DNA of 64,000 nt from Pocillopora damicornis. Lineage: Eukaryota. The first letter of the stretch is position 1. Every line of letters begins with the position of its first letter. The stretch spans positions 868,001 through 932,000 of the forward strand of contig NW_020843829.1 of assembly GCF_003704095.1 (NCBI RefSeq), written 5' to 3'. Shown one piece after another: positions 51,141 to 63,480 of the stretch. The translations under genes and the position numbers were made by a program. The notes under the pieces are model-generated. The model was not told the DNA's origin, did not search any database, and saw only the letters and a program-made list of their open reading frames with translations.

Positions 51141-54100
51141 ATGGTGGGCCATATCCACAGTGGATTGGTCCTATTACTGATCCTCGGTTTGGGGATGACG
51201 TCTTCTTACATTATTGATGACCCATACCCGTCCAACAAAGAAATGGAAACAGTGGAGGACATGACAGATGAGATGACAAAGTTAGACGAAATCAGCGCAC
51301 GGGGCATAGACAAAAAACGAGAACAACAGTTAGAAAAGCGAGACGCTAAGACAATAGTTGAAACGAAAGCTGACGCTCTTAGAAAAGGATGCCAAGATGA
51401 GGCCGAAAAAAAGTATGATGAAAAAATGCTGGCGGAAAAAGAAGAAGGGAAGAAAAATGCCCTACTTAAACACTACATATCACTACAGCATGGGGAAAAA
51501 TCTCGCCAAGAAGGTGAAGAGTGGCTTCAGTCAAAACAAAGTGAATTTATTACTGTTTGCCTTGTAAGACAACTTTGTGAAGACCAAGGAGTCCTTGCAG
51601 CACTTGGACTTTCTCCGAGTAGGTAAGGACAAAAACTATTGTACAGCGTTCGATAGATTATTAAAAGTTTTTGATTTCTATCGCGTGATAGTTGAGGGTA
51701 GAGAAATCAATTATCACGCATAGAGATCGAGAGAGAAAATCCTATTTGTTTCAGTGTAAATCTAGTATGCGTGCTTAAGTACACGGCCTAAATGCTCTAA
51801 TGCTGTTTGTACTCCTTAATCTCTACACAGTGAAAAGAAGGACTGCGCATTGAACATTTTTAGGTTATTTGAAGGCGACGTACACCCTGATGAAAACATA
51901 AGGTGCAATCCAAACGCTCGTTTCCGAACAGCCGACGGAACTTGTAACAATTTGGATAATCCTAGACAAGGAGCAGCAGGTGATCAATTTCAGCGCCTGG
52001 CGGAAAATGACTACGCAGATGGCATCTTGGAACTTCGCGTAGCAAAGGATGGCTCAGAGTTACCGAACGCGAGGACAGTGAGTTTGGAAGTCCACGGAAG
52101 TAACGCAGACCGAACCAATCCTGATTCTATGGTGCTCACCCACTTGACAATGAACTGGGGACAGTTTATGGATCATGACCTCACGCTAGCAGAGTTTCCG
52201 GGTATTAACTGTGAACCTCCAACCAAAGACCCTGAGTGTATCAACATTGAAATTCCAGAAAATGATGTCATATTTAGGTCTAAGGGTGTCTTTGATATTG
52301 AAATGGAGCGAGACTCTGCTCACGTACCAGAAGAGCTTGGCAAACTTGCTCCACGAGAACACACCAACAGTATTACAGCCTACATTGATGCATCCAATGT
52401 GTATGGCTCAAGCGAGGAGGAGGAGGATAATCTTAGGGCCCCAGATGGGTCATTGAAAATTATGAAACCACCACACGGCTGCCCTCTGGGCGACCTATTA
52501 CCTGCAGCTTTCCCCGAAACGTTTTGCGAGTCTGTAGATCCAAACACACCTTGCTTTTTGGCAGGAGACGAGCGCGTAAACGAAAATCAAGGTAGGGAGA
52601 GTACTTAATAGTTCACCAGAGGCGAGGAGGGTCCGGAGTGAAGAAGGAGGGAAACGTGTCGTCTCGTTTAGGGCTGCAAACGAAATGTCATCTTTAAAGG
52701 GACGAACAAAGCTCGAGCCATACTCAGACTAGGTCCATTAACGGGAATTAATTTAAGGCTTTCCGACGAGAACTCTAACGTTTCAGAACTTTCAATTTCT
52801 AAAGGTCCCTAGTGGCTGCAAACCCCTTAGAGCCTTACAACTATAACAAAATTGAAAAGTAGACAGTTTATAACGAAATGCTGATTTATTTCCTTTTTTT
52901 CTACTTTTTTTTTGTCGCAGGTCTCATGTCAGTTCACACTCTGCTTGTTCGTGAGCACAATCGAATCGCAGCTTTCTTCAGTAAACGTACTCAGTGGAAT
53001 CCAGAGCGAATTTACCAAGAAGCAAGGAAAATCGTTGGCGCGATCCTACAACACATCACATACAGTGAATTCCTGCCCTTAATTTTGAGCCCCAGGACGG
53101 TAAGAAAAACGCTTGCGTTACAGTAATACTGTACTTAAGAGACGAGGCGACTATGTGTTCAGCGTGATTCATTCTCGAATCGGTGCTGCGTTTTCGGGGT
53201 GGTGCACGTAACCCTAGAAAAGCTTTCCTGAATCCAGTAGGATAGATGAATGGTAGAAAACTGTCAGAATTGCAGAGGGCTCATCTCCGATGGAATTGCA
53301 TCCGTCTAGAAAGAGTAATAACGGAGGATTCTGGGAGGATCACATGGTTTTCAGTGGAGGGGGGGGGGNNNNNNNNNNNNNNNNNNNNNNNNNNNNNNNN
53401 NNNNNNNNNNNNNNNNNNNNNNNNNNNNNNNNNNNNNNNNNNNNNNNNNNNNNNNNNNNNNNNNNNNNNNNNNNNNNNNNNNNNNNNNNNNNNNNNNNNN
53501 NNNNNNNNNNNNNNNNNNNNNNNNNNNNNNNNNNNNNNNNNNNNNNNNNNNNNNNNNNNNNNNNNNNNNNNNNNNNNNNNNNNNNNNNNNNNNNNNNNNN
53601 NNNNNNNNNNNNNNNNAAACGGTTGGTCCCTAACTCATAATATAGCAGAAGTAGAACTATTTCTGTTAAAGTCTGACTTTTAACCCCCACTTTAACAGAG
53701 CCGCACGCGAGTTGCACGCATTCTATTTCATTCTGGTTAATGGTGGGATATAATACTGCATTCGCATCAGAAGTGATATTAAATCAAATTAATGGATCTT
53801 TTTGTTTGATTTCCATGTGCTTCTAGAGAAGAGACTTTAATCTGAATCTGGAAAGAGGGACAAATTATTTTGAAGGCTATAGCGAGGATGTCAACGCCCA
53901 AATGACCCAGGCCTTCTCAACGGCTGCATACCGCTTTGGCCACAGTTTGGTGCAAGAAGAGTTCAGACGTTTTACTCAAGATGGCTTTGAACACATATGT
54001 GACAAAAATTCAAAGGCAGAGTACCTGCCTATCCAAGTGAGGGATTTTGGCAATCCAATTTTCCTTTATGACAAGTGTAATGGAGCAATTGATTCTATTT

Positions 54101-56255
54101 TTAGAGGCCTGATGAAAATGCCTGCTGCAAAAATAGATGGGTGAGTGAAACTTACAAAGCGTTAACTGATTAAAGAAAAGTTCCGAGGAATTTTCAGTGG
54201 AGTGTCAAAAGTAATCGGGATTGCTTTGATTAAATTTGCCTCACTTCGCTGTGTGATTGGTCCAAAAACCTCGCACTACCTTCTAAGCCAACAAGAATCA
54301 AAACAAACACCAATTGTGACTTAGTCACTTGTGGTTTCCCGCGCTTGATGTTAGTTTGAGTTCTTATTCTCTCCTAGTGATATTATCCTTTGTTGTGCTT
54401 GGCTTCTTTGGTTACTTTGGGTTGGTTTTATGACAGTTAATCGAAAAGCGCTCCATTTGGGTAACATGAGGTCTGGAAGGTTTGATTGGAAAAAACCCCG
54501 TGCGAAGCAAAATTTGCCATAAGCTATGGACGAAACGACACTATAGGGGCCTCTGCCTTCATTTTTGGCTTTCTCTTTGTTCCCTTTCTTCTTCCATGTG
54601 TAAGGACGTTCACTGATGTTTATTGTTCTTATTGTAGGCGTTTTTCCAGCGCGGTGCAAGAACACCTGTCGCGAGGTGAGGGCGATATCGCCGATCTCAT
54701 TTCCCTCAACAACCAAAGAGGTCGTGAACATGGTGTTCCTGGCTACACAGTGTATCGTAACCTCCCTTTGTGCAACATTGCACCAAAGGTAAATAGTTTC
54801 GACGACCTTAAGAAAGCTGGCTTTGATCCCAAGGACATCAAAAACCTCAAAAAAGTGTACAAGGACGTCGAAGACATCGATCTTTTTACCGGAGGTAAGT
54901 TCGTTGCTAAGAAGAGAGCGCTTTTTGAACGTCGTAGAGAATCATAACCAATGCATTAAGGCCGATCAGAACACGGGAAAATACCGCAAGCCGAGGAGAA
55001 TTCAAAGTAAAAAAAATAAGCACGGCTGCCTAAGGCGGAAAGCCATTAAATTCTTTAACAGTGAGTAAGAAACGATTCGATTTTCATTTGTTCATTGGAG
55101 AACAGTGAGTCAGAAACGAAATTCACTTATGGGCTGAAAGCTACTGGTTAACCTGAGTGATTAGTCTGTATGGGTTTCAACTATTAAAAGATTAGCCATC
55201 GAAAACGGTGAGAGTATCTAAAGGCAAGCTCGTTAGCGAGCCTTTACTTAAGTGTTTTGAAAAATCACTTCTACACAAAAATTTGGATAAAATAGTACAC
55301 AAGACATTGTTGATGACTGAGTTCTAATGTACAAACTAGCATTAGACTACACTGAAAGGGAGAGAGTGGTACGAAAACAGCGCAAATTTATATTTCCAAA
55401 GCGTTGACTCAAATCATCATGTCAAGGGGTGAGGTTTTCCTGTAGCTTCTCTCGATTCTCAGTCACAATTTCTACACTCTAGAAAGATGATAAGAATCCA
55501 AATGCTAAGAAAATAACTACACTGCGCCGCTACCTCTCATAATGTTTACTATTTTGCCGTTAACAGCAATGTTGGAACCTGATCCCGTCAACGGAGGGCT
55601 CCTAGGGCCAACCGCTCAGTGTATCATAGCAGATCAGTTCAATCGCTCTAAATCGGGAGATCGCTTTTGGTATGAAAACGCACCAGATCCAGAAAAGAAT
55701 ACCGACAACACAGCGTTTACGCGATGCCAACTTCGCGAACTCAGAAGAGTTAGTGTGTCCAAGCTTATCTGCGACAACATGGACTTCATCCCTGCAGTCC
55801 CGAGGTTTGGATTCATACAGTCCAAGACTCTTGTTGACTGTGATAAGCTTCCAGAAATGGACCTTAGAGTGTTCACAACACGCAGATGTAATATCCCAGC
55901 CAGAAGGTAAGATAAATATTCGTCATTCAATATCATCCAAAATTGAGATCAAATCGACCAATCAGGAAAAAGGTCAATTTCACATTACTAATGAGAAGTC
56001 AAAGGTGCAAGTTTTACATCTGATTGGTTAAGACTTCATGGCAGTGCCAACGAGTCCTCTTGACAATTCTTATGGAATGGTTGATCTTAAACAATGCAGA
56101 CCTTCTGCTACCCCGCAAAAAAATTGCTGGATGACTATAATTAAAGCAGTTGTTAACCAGCATATTCTCGTTCTTTCTTTAGTGATAGCGTGAGTAATGA
56201 TAGCGAGAGTGGTGATAGCGAAGTGGATGACTACCGCTTGAACGACGAGTTGTAA
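51141..56255 (+). CDS. Complete divergent heme peroxidase H (801 aa): exons 51141-51622, 51831-52591, 52921-53099, 53827-54140, 54638-54894, 55567-55906, 56183-56255
   Basis: Joined exons total 2406 nt in an open frame. Signal peptide MVGHIHSGLVLLLILGLGMTSS; motifs [76 protein letters not shown]. Intron positions and phases match the young copies. AATAAA lies 33 nt after the stop. Confidence 0.93.
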
Positions 56256-56288
56256 AGGTCACGCCGGTGGAACGATGGAAACAGAAGA

Positions 56289-56294
56289 AATAAA
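56289..56294 (+). terminator. Polyadenylation signal of peroxidase H
   Basis: AATAAA shortly after the TAA at 56253-56255. Confidence 0.6.
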
Positions 56295-57017
56295 ACCATT
56301 TTTTTTGCCATGCGTTTCACAACACATTCATCACATTCACTTCATAATTAAGAAGAAGCAATTTTTGTGCTGGGTTGAATACGTTTTCTGCGCGTGTTAG
56401 ATAGCTGTAATTTTCGCGACAATCGTAATGTTGTTTGTCTAATTTAAACTTTAGGAGAAGCTTTGAGAAGCCACTTTTTCATAAATATCTACCTTACCAA
56501 CTCCTCATCATATTTATTTTAAATTGGTTGCGATTTCGATATCTGACTTTAGAGTTTCCAATTAGACGTTTCATCTTTAAAAGGAGCGTTTGCTTAGCAA
56601 AAACAATTTCTTTAAAACGTATTCAACCAAATGCACACGAGAAGTAACAATAATTTTTAAGGCTGCTGCGTTCTTTTTTATAACTATTATTTTCGCAATA
56701 ACTTTTTGGAACAAGTTCAATTCAGTAACCGCCAGGGAATGAGTACATGGATGCTTTGTAATCATGTTTGAATACATAATAAAATGATGAAAAATCTTTC
56801 ATCATGAGGTATAGACGTCTTGTTACAAAAGAACTCGGAAAGGTTCTGGGTAGGAAGATTGGACCTCAGTTTGGAAGAAATTCGTTTCTTACGTGAAATA
56901 CTCCTTCCGTTTTCATCTGGGATTAGTCCTAAAAATTTGCTCCAGAAATTTATCATATTTTAGTGACCTGTGGTGGTGTAACTATGAGCGTTTATCATAA
57001 GATGCCCATGAAAAAAG

Positions 57018-57432
57018 TTAACCCTTTAACTCCCACGAGTGACCAGGACAGAATTTCTCCTTACAATATCAATACAATATCAAGGCAAGTGATGAGATAA
57101 ACAAAAACATCAATTAAGGATTAGTTGATCCAAAACTTATTCTCCCTGATAACTTTAAGTATTCCCATTACCTGTTTCCTGGATGTTGTACGAATATTGT
57201 AGGGAAAAAAAAGAAGGCACTTTAACCCTATAACTTCCAAGATATGATCGTCAATTCTCCCCTCTAGCTACTACACATTTCCTTGTAAATTGATTACGAG
57301 AATTTGGTGTTCAATCAAGGCATTAAATTGTATCTGATGAGGTTGAGTATTCTCACTACCTGTTTGTTGTGTAATATATGGATACTATCGTGAGAAGTTA
57401 CAGGGTAATCACATCTGGGAGTTAAAGGGTTA
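57018..57432. mobile_element. Two adjacent TTAACCC...GGGTTA MITEs (57018-57200 partial; 57222-57432); reverse copy at 63822-64000
   Basis: TTAACCCT..AACT.CC and GGAGTTAAAGGGTTA inverted termini; TTAA ends typical of piggyBac-type MITEs. Confidence 0.65.
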
Positions 57433-58052
57433 TGACATCTTTTGCGACACACGGCTCAGTTTCAGCGGCATTGCCACGACCTTCCCTCCCCCACCCCCCT
57501 AATGTAGGATGCAAGAACATTACGGGTCTATCCCTTGCAATTATTCCTCACAGCTCACCCGCGCCTATTTATGCTCCTCTTTGGAGAAAGGCACAGCGAC
57601 AATGGAGGGTCTTTCGATTGATTTGGTTCTCTAGAAAGTCATTTTCCTCCTCTGATTTTAATATATTGCATAAGTTATGTGGAGAGCTGAAACAAGATCA
57701 AAATTCCAAAATGTTTTTATTTTGTTACGGATCATTCAAAAAACGTTGTCACAATTGGCTCCTTCCTTTTTCGAGCGGTTCGGTACATTCACAGTCTAGC
57801 TGAAATTCTTTCAAACATTCCTTACGATACAAAAATACTTGTCGCAACATAAACGACTGAAACTCATTAGACAGTTTGGTAACTTCTGGAGCACATTGCG
57901 GGCATATTTGACCCCGGATTTCCTTTACTAATCACAATATTTTCTCCGACTGCGTGAGAAATTCGCAAGCGTCCACCCTCTACGATTTTACAATAAATAA
58001 CTTGTTACTTTAAAAGAAATCTAACTAAACCATTCGGCCAAGGTAAGAGTAT

Positions 58053-59099
58053 TCAATAAATCGTCGGGCGAGAGTAGTTTTGGAAACTGCCCCACACATT
58101 CGGAGCACTGTCACAACTTTGGAAGCCATGAAACATATTTCCGGGATGTCTGCTTGACGGGGCTACGAGCGCAGAGTTTGAGCGACACTTCGACCTCAGT
58201 TCAGCAAATTCTGTAAACTCTTCTTCCATTTCATCAACCTTTTTCATCTTCGAGGGATGCAGCGAAGACGGACGAGTTTCTGAGTCAGATACGATTGACG
58301 CATTCGCTTTAAAACCGTGTGGGGGATCCGACGCGCTCCGCAAGCGACAATCTGCAACACGTAGAAGGTTCTTATTCTGTTTGGGTGCCATTGTCTTCGG
58401 AATTGTCTCTTGGACCGATCGAAATCCATTTACATTGAGCAGGGGAGATTCTGTCCGCGAAGTTAATGCACCATTCAAATGTTCCGCTTTCGCTTTCGCG
58501 GGTTGCGCTCCGTCCAAACACTCACCGCCTATTCCATCGAAGAACGTGCTTTTGCCCTCATCGTTGCGTACAAGCATTGTGTTGCTTGGCAAACCTCGTG
58601 CCAGTGACGCTTGATAACTTTCGTAATTGATCGTGAAAGCCAGAGAAAGGGCCTTGAAAAGTTCTCGTGCCTTGGCTTTGCTTTCGCACGTGAAGACAAA
58701 TGCCTTAAATGGACTTTCTGCTCTGTCTCGTGCAATGAACACAAAAGCTTTCTCGTGAAAGTTGTCGATGTTACAGAAGGTTACCTTAGAGATCGGGAAA
58801 TTTGCGATCAGTTTTCCGCTCGCTTCCTCGCTGACGCTCAACCTTTTCGAACACAAGTTTAGGATCATTTTCTTCTGCGTCTTACCGTTGCCATTTTTCC
58901 TCTGCTCTTCAAAGACTGTGGCGACGGGTTTTTCTGTCTTTCCACTGCCAGTCCCGCTTGCTCCCGCAACTTCTGCGGATCCAATGTACCGTACGCTGTA
59001 TTGTACTCCAGCAATGACTCGATCTTTCTCGTCCGCATCACTGCATGTGAGTTGTTGGTGTCCTTTGCGGGCAAAACTCGGGCTCAGTTTTGAGAACAT
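58053..59099 (-). CDS. Intronless PTB/PID-domain endocytic adaptor, LDLRAP1/ARH-like (348 aa)
   Basis: PTB pattern YSVRYIGS...KMILNL...FPISKVTFC..D.FHEKAFVFIARD...AFVFTCESKAKA...LSLAF resembles ARH (HDKVFAYIAQ). The C-terminal DEMEEEFTEFAELR fits the [DE]n-x-FxxF/LxxxR beta2-adaptin motif. Orthology has not been tested. Confidence 0.8.
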   Translation of the reverse strand: MFSKLSPSFARKGHQQLTCSDADEKDRVIAGVQYSVRYIGSAEVAGASGTGSGKTEKPVATVFEEQRKNGNGKTQKKMILNLCSKRLSVSEEASGKLIANFPISKVTFCNIDNFHEKAFVFIARDRAESPFKAFVFTCESKAKARELFKALSLAFTINYESYQASLARGLPSNTMLVRNDEGKSTFFDGIGGECLDGAQPAKAKAEHLNGALTSRTESPLLNVNGFRSVQETIPKTMAPKQNKNLLRVADCRLRSASDPPHGFKANASIVSDSETRPSSLHPSKMKKVDEMEEEFTEFAELRSKCRSNSALVAPSSRHPGNMFHGFQSCDSAPNVWGSFQNYSRPTIY

Positions 59100-61366
59100 T
59101 TTTCTACTTCTGACTCGTTGAAGGTCTGGCGCTTATGGAAGGTAAATCCTTTTAGAGCATATGATCATCGCAACGCGACGAATGCACTTATAAGGGCAGA
59201 ACAAGTGAAGCATGATACTTTGTTTATGGTTCCATTCTTACGTAATGGGATTACAACCGCATGCGCAAATGTCAAAGCCTTTCATCGATCCGTTTAAAAA
59301 GAGATTAAGCTAAGTGTCAACACGAAAATATTTGGATAAGAATTTTCCAATAATCGAAGTAAAAACAAACATTTTTGCAATGCCAAAGCACTAAGTAGTG
59401 AGAATCTACAAAATTTCCCTGCTTCAACCAAGAACAACGTTCTTACAAATCGAAAAGAGATGAAACACAGGAAGTGAATTATCAATGAAACCTATTAGCT
59501 GGCATGTTATCAAAACCGCCAGTTCTTTTGGTTTCCAAAACTGTTGTGACGTAAATTCACATGATCTGATTATGCCCCCTATGAAAGTGTCATGTATAAG
59601 GAATAAGGACGTCATAAGCTTCAACCTAGTGCGTGGCATTTTTCCGACATTAAGTTACATTAAAAATTGTATCACAGGAACTTGTGACGATAAATGCAAA
59701 TGATTCTATGCAAGACTTTTGAAAAAAAACTGCTTCCCTACGAAGCACTGTTACGTAAATACGTTTCAAAGCGGGAGAAATTCCTTAGAGTGATTAAATT
59801 TTTGGCTCCAACAAAGCAGTTATTGAAATGTCAACACGACATTCCTTTCATCCTCCATGAATTGAGGATGAAAATTAAAGTTGAATTAAAGCACGTTGCT
59901 GAAAAATTATCATAAAAGAAACACTAACGTAGCACCCGTAAGGAGTATTGAAACGACTAAACTATTTTGCCTCTCTTATTTTCTATGGAACAAAAGTTAA
60001 ATCCAACGAAAACACAAAAGAAAAACAAAGACAAAATACGGCAGAGTTCTTCATAAATTGGATCGCGATCTTCCATTTACAAGGACGAACAGGGATATAC
60101 TCGCCGACTTGAATAAAATGACGTCATTAACAGAAGATGCAAAATCCACTGCGGCGATAAGAGCGTATATGCGCACATTTCTAGTAAAAAAAAGCAACAG
60201 AGCACCGAGTGGAAAAACCTTGCGCAGCTTCCCGGCTCATCTCTGCAATCTCATCAATGTGCGCACAAAACTTCCATCTACACAGTCTAGCGTAATCCTG
60301 AAGCAAAAGCTCCAAAATTACTCTCCGAAAAATGAGAATCCATAATGGCTGTTGGTATATGTGAAAGAGAAAGAAGTTCCTAATTTTCGCATACTATTAA
60401 CTTGTTAGCACGAGAAGCAACGCTGAAAACCTCCTTCCACTGAGAACTGAAGGCAAAGTTCCATTTTTAGGAACGCCTTTTGGCACGGAATATGCTATCG
60501 AAATAGCGTAACGCCCATCGTCTTATTTAGAAATTGGATTAAGTTGAATTACAGATTCCTTTCAGGCAAAAAGAAATCTAGTCAAGTAGATTCCCTCTCC
60601 ACAGAAAAAAAAAACTAATCACAATCATAAGCAGCTGCTAAAAAAAGCATTGGATGCTCTGGAATAGGATGTGCTGTGCCTTGTACGTGACCCCTAATGA
60701 AAAACAGGAAGTAGCAAAATAACCCTAGGAAACTTATCTGGCATTTTCCGCCGTTCAGGCGGACAAACAAACAGATAATAATTAACAAAAATTGAGTGAC
60801 GTCACGGCTACTACACGCTGGTTCACTAACTGCGCCTGTAGATTGCTCTAAGCTGTGCTGTCATCCAAAGCTGGACCTCATAACCGATTGGGCGCTAGTA
60901 GTGATATGGTATGCTATCAGAATGCGTTTCACAAGTTCTGATTCATGAACGTGCACCATGGTTCACGAGTCATTTAGAGATACTGAATGATTGATTATCG
61001 AGAAAATGCGGAAAAAATATCACTCCTTAAGAGCCTGCGCCGAGTCGAACTTGGTTGACCAACGCATGGGAAAGTCACACACTGCGTTTCCTTTTCAATG
61101 CCTCTAAAGTTCTCCTCTACTTTCCACTCCAGCGTCTGAACTGAAAATTTTCAGATGTTCAACGCACATAATAGTTTATCTCAACCTGTACACCTCTCAA
61201 CAACAGTACATGCGCGATACCCATTTTGTTCATTATTGCAGTCTTTCGACCGACCCTCACTTTTAAGGATTTTGAGGCCGTTAAAAGGATTACGACTAGA
61301 TTGATTTTTGGCAATACTTTTCAAGGCAGAAGTCCAGCTCTTCCGTTTGAGATTACGCCGTACAGG

Positions 61367-61387
61367 ATGGCGGAAAGTAGCCAGACG
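61367..61387 (+). CDS. Possible first coding exon (MAESSQT) of a downstream gene
   Basis: AGGATGGCG start context followed by ACG|GTATCT; CpG-rich upstream and CpG-poor downstream; no further exon identified. Confidence 0.2.
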
Positions 61388-61592
61388 GTATCTTGCTTTC
61401 ACTTCATACTTCTCGTCTCACTCACGTGTGATGCTCACCTCTTTCAGCATTCTTTGCTTCACTGCACGACAGAGGAAGCCCAAAGAAGCGGATGTCGTTT
61501 CTACTGTAACCAACCCACAAAACTTCCTGCCATCTCTATGTTCCTGCCCTCCCACATGGGCTTCCAGTCTTTCGCGACGTACTGGAAATGAC

Positions 61593-61803
61593 TTAACCCT
61601 TTACAAACTAACATCCTTATGCATATTCTCCATACTGTTCTCTACACATTTCCAATGTTCTAACAAGGAGAATTTGTGAAACCATCAAGAGCTTCGTTAA
61701 TTGCTGATCGTTTCCTTTATTCGCGTGACTAAAACATTTGATTCAAGGCATAGATTGTAAAGAGAAATTAGAACCTTGTCACTATTAGGGATTGAAGGGA
61801 TAA
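61593..61803. mobile_element. TTAACCCTT...AAGGGATAA MITE
   Basis: Inverted termini; homologs in the peroxidase 3' flanks. Confidence 0.7.
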
Positions 61804-63302
61804 CAGAAAGCGCTTCTACGATACACGATTGAGGATTTAGGTATTACGATGGCTCCGAAGTTTTTAAGATCCCTCGAACATTGAATGAACAAGGTAATCC
61901 ACCCTTCAAGACCACACAAAATCAGCCGACGAGAGAGGAAAAATTTCAGCTTTCTGTCTACCTTTTTATGTCCATGCTTGGTTTTTGTTTCTTCAAAGCA
62001 GCGGGATAAAGTGTTAGCAACAAGGCGAGCCCTTATTGGCTGAAACAGCATGGTTTATCAAAGTACAGGAGCACAGCAAGCTAGGGTGAACTAAATGTAA
62101 GATTTTTGCTTCTGTATTTTTGCGAATGTGACCGAAATCAAACATTACTCATGGCTCAAACAAACGCCCAGTACTTGGGCTATTTTTTTTACAGTAGGCG
62201 AGGACTGCTAGAGGCCACTGTTGACGAAAAAAGTGGAAGGCGATCAAATTTCATCCTTGAGAAGCGAACGTTAATTATCAATGTGCAAAACCGATGTGTA
62301 ATCAGTCGAGGGAGTGTATTTGTAAATATTAACAATGATCATCATCATCATTGCAATAACAACAATAATAATAATTGGTAATAGTTGTAATTTCAATAAT
62401 CTAGCATTCTATAATACAGTATGTGATTTTGAAATAAACTATAATTACGTCAATTTAATTTTGTACTCGATAAATATAGAAAAATTTAAAGATGTCGGAT
62501 TTTTCATGTGTTAAAGTTTTTATCTCAACTTTTTTTTAAACCGTTATTAAAGCATCATTTCATAAATAATGTTGAGCTATACAGACATAAAAAATATTGA
62601 GAATTAAGAACTAGTGATTCCTCTCCACTCAACAAAAAAATCATTATAATAATTTTCAAGATATAAAGAGGATTTCACATGCCCATGTGGAGATGCCTTC
62701 CTATCTTAGAGTGCTGATGGCACCATGAGAAGATAAAATTCACATCTCCTAGTGGAATGAGACAATTTCCCATTTTAAGGAAATAAAATACATTTTCCAT
62801 TTTGTAGCAAAAAGGCTTAATTCATTTGTAGTAATATTGATAAAGTAAGGAAAAAAAAACACTTTCAAAAAAGCATCATCAGGGGTTTATCACTTTATAT
62901 TTGAAAGACAAGTGCAGAGAGTTCGTGCTGTTCTGAGGATGTCATATTTTGGAAACTGGAGAAAAACTAGGTAATAAATTATAAAATGAATTATGAATTG
63001 ATGAAAGTAAAAATTTCAAATTAAAATATGATCATTGCAATTCAAGAGTGCTATGTCCCTATGCTGTACATGCACACTAAAGTATGAAGTCACTTATTTA
63101 ATTTTGAAAGTGGAAATGTACAAAAATATAATATATTAATTTAAAGATTGTTACATACAAATATATATTAAATTTTAGTATTATTCCCCAGCTAATAATT
63201 GCTTTTCTAACTGAAAACAAATTATGTGATAATTCAAAATATGCCCTTTCTTTTTCTGTTCCTATCTAAGAGAAATAATTTGTACTGTCAGAAGTAATAT
63301 AA

Positions 63303-63480
63303 TAGACCTCTGGTTTGTATGTTTCATTTACCAATTCCAGGTCTCAAATTAATTCCCAGCTTTATCCCTTGTAAATTATGTGTTAACATGTACATGAATA
63401 AGTAGAAATTTGAAAGATAAAGTTCTCTAGAGTATTATCACTTGACCTGGGGTGGTAAATGAAACATACAAACTGAAGAT
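63303..63480. mobile_element. Short inverted-repeat element (MITE-like)
   Basis: TTTGTATGTTTCATTTACCA (63314-63333) versus TGGTAAATGAAACATACAAA (63453-63472), a perfect inverted pair. Confidence 0.55.

Noticed and set aside
8517-56255. Calling these genes peroxidasin (PXDN), DUOX or TPO
   Set aside because: No LRR/Ig/VWC, EF-hand/NOX or transmembrane exons; the peroxidase domain follows the pro-region directly
61030-61060. B-box-like GTTCGACTC on the minus strand (tRNA or SINE)
   Set aside because: No A-box or cloverleaf found
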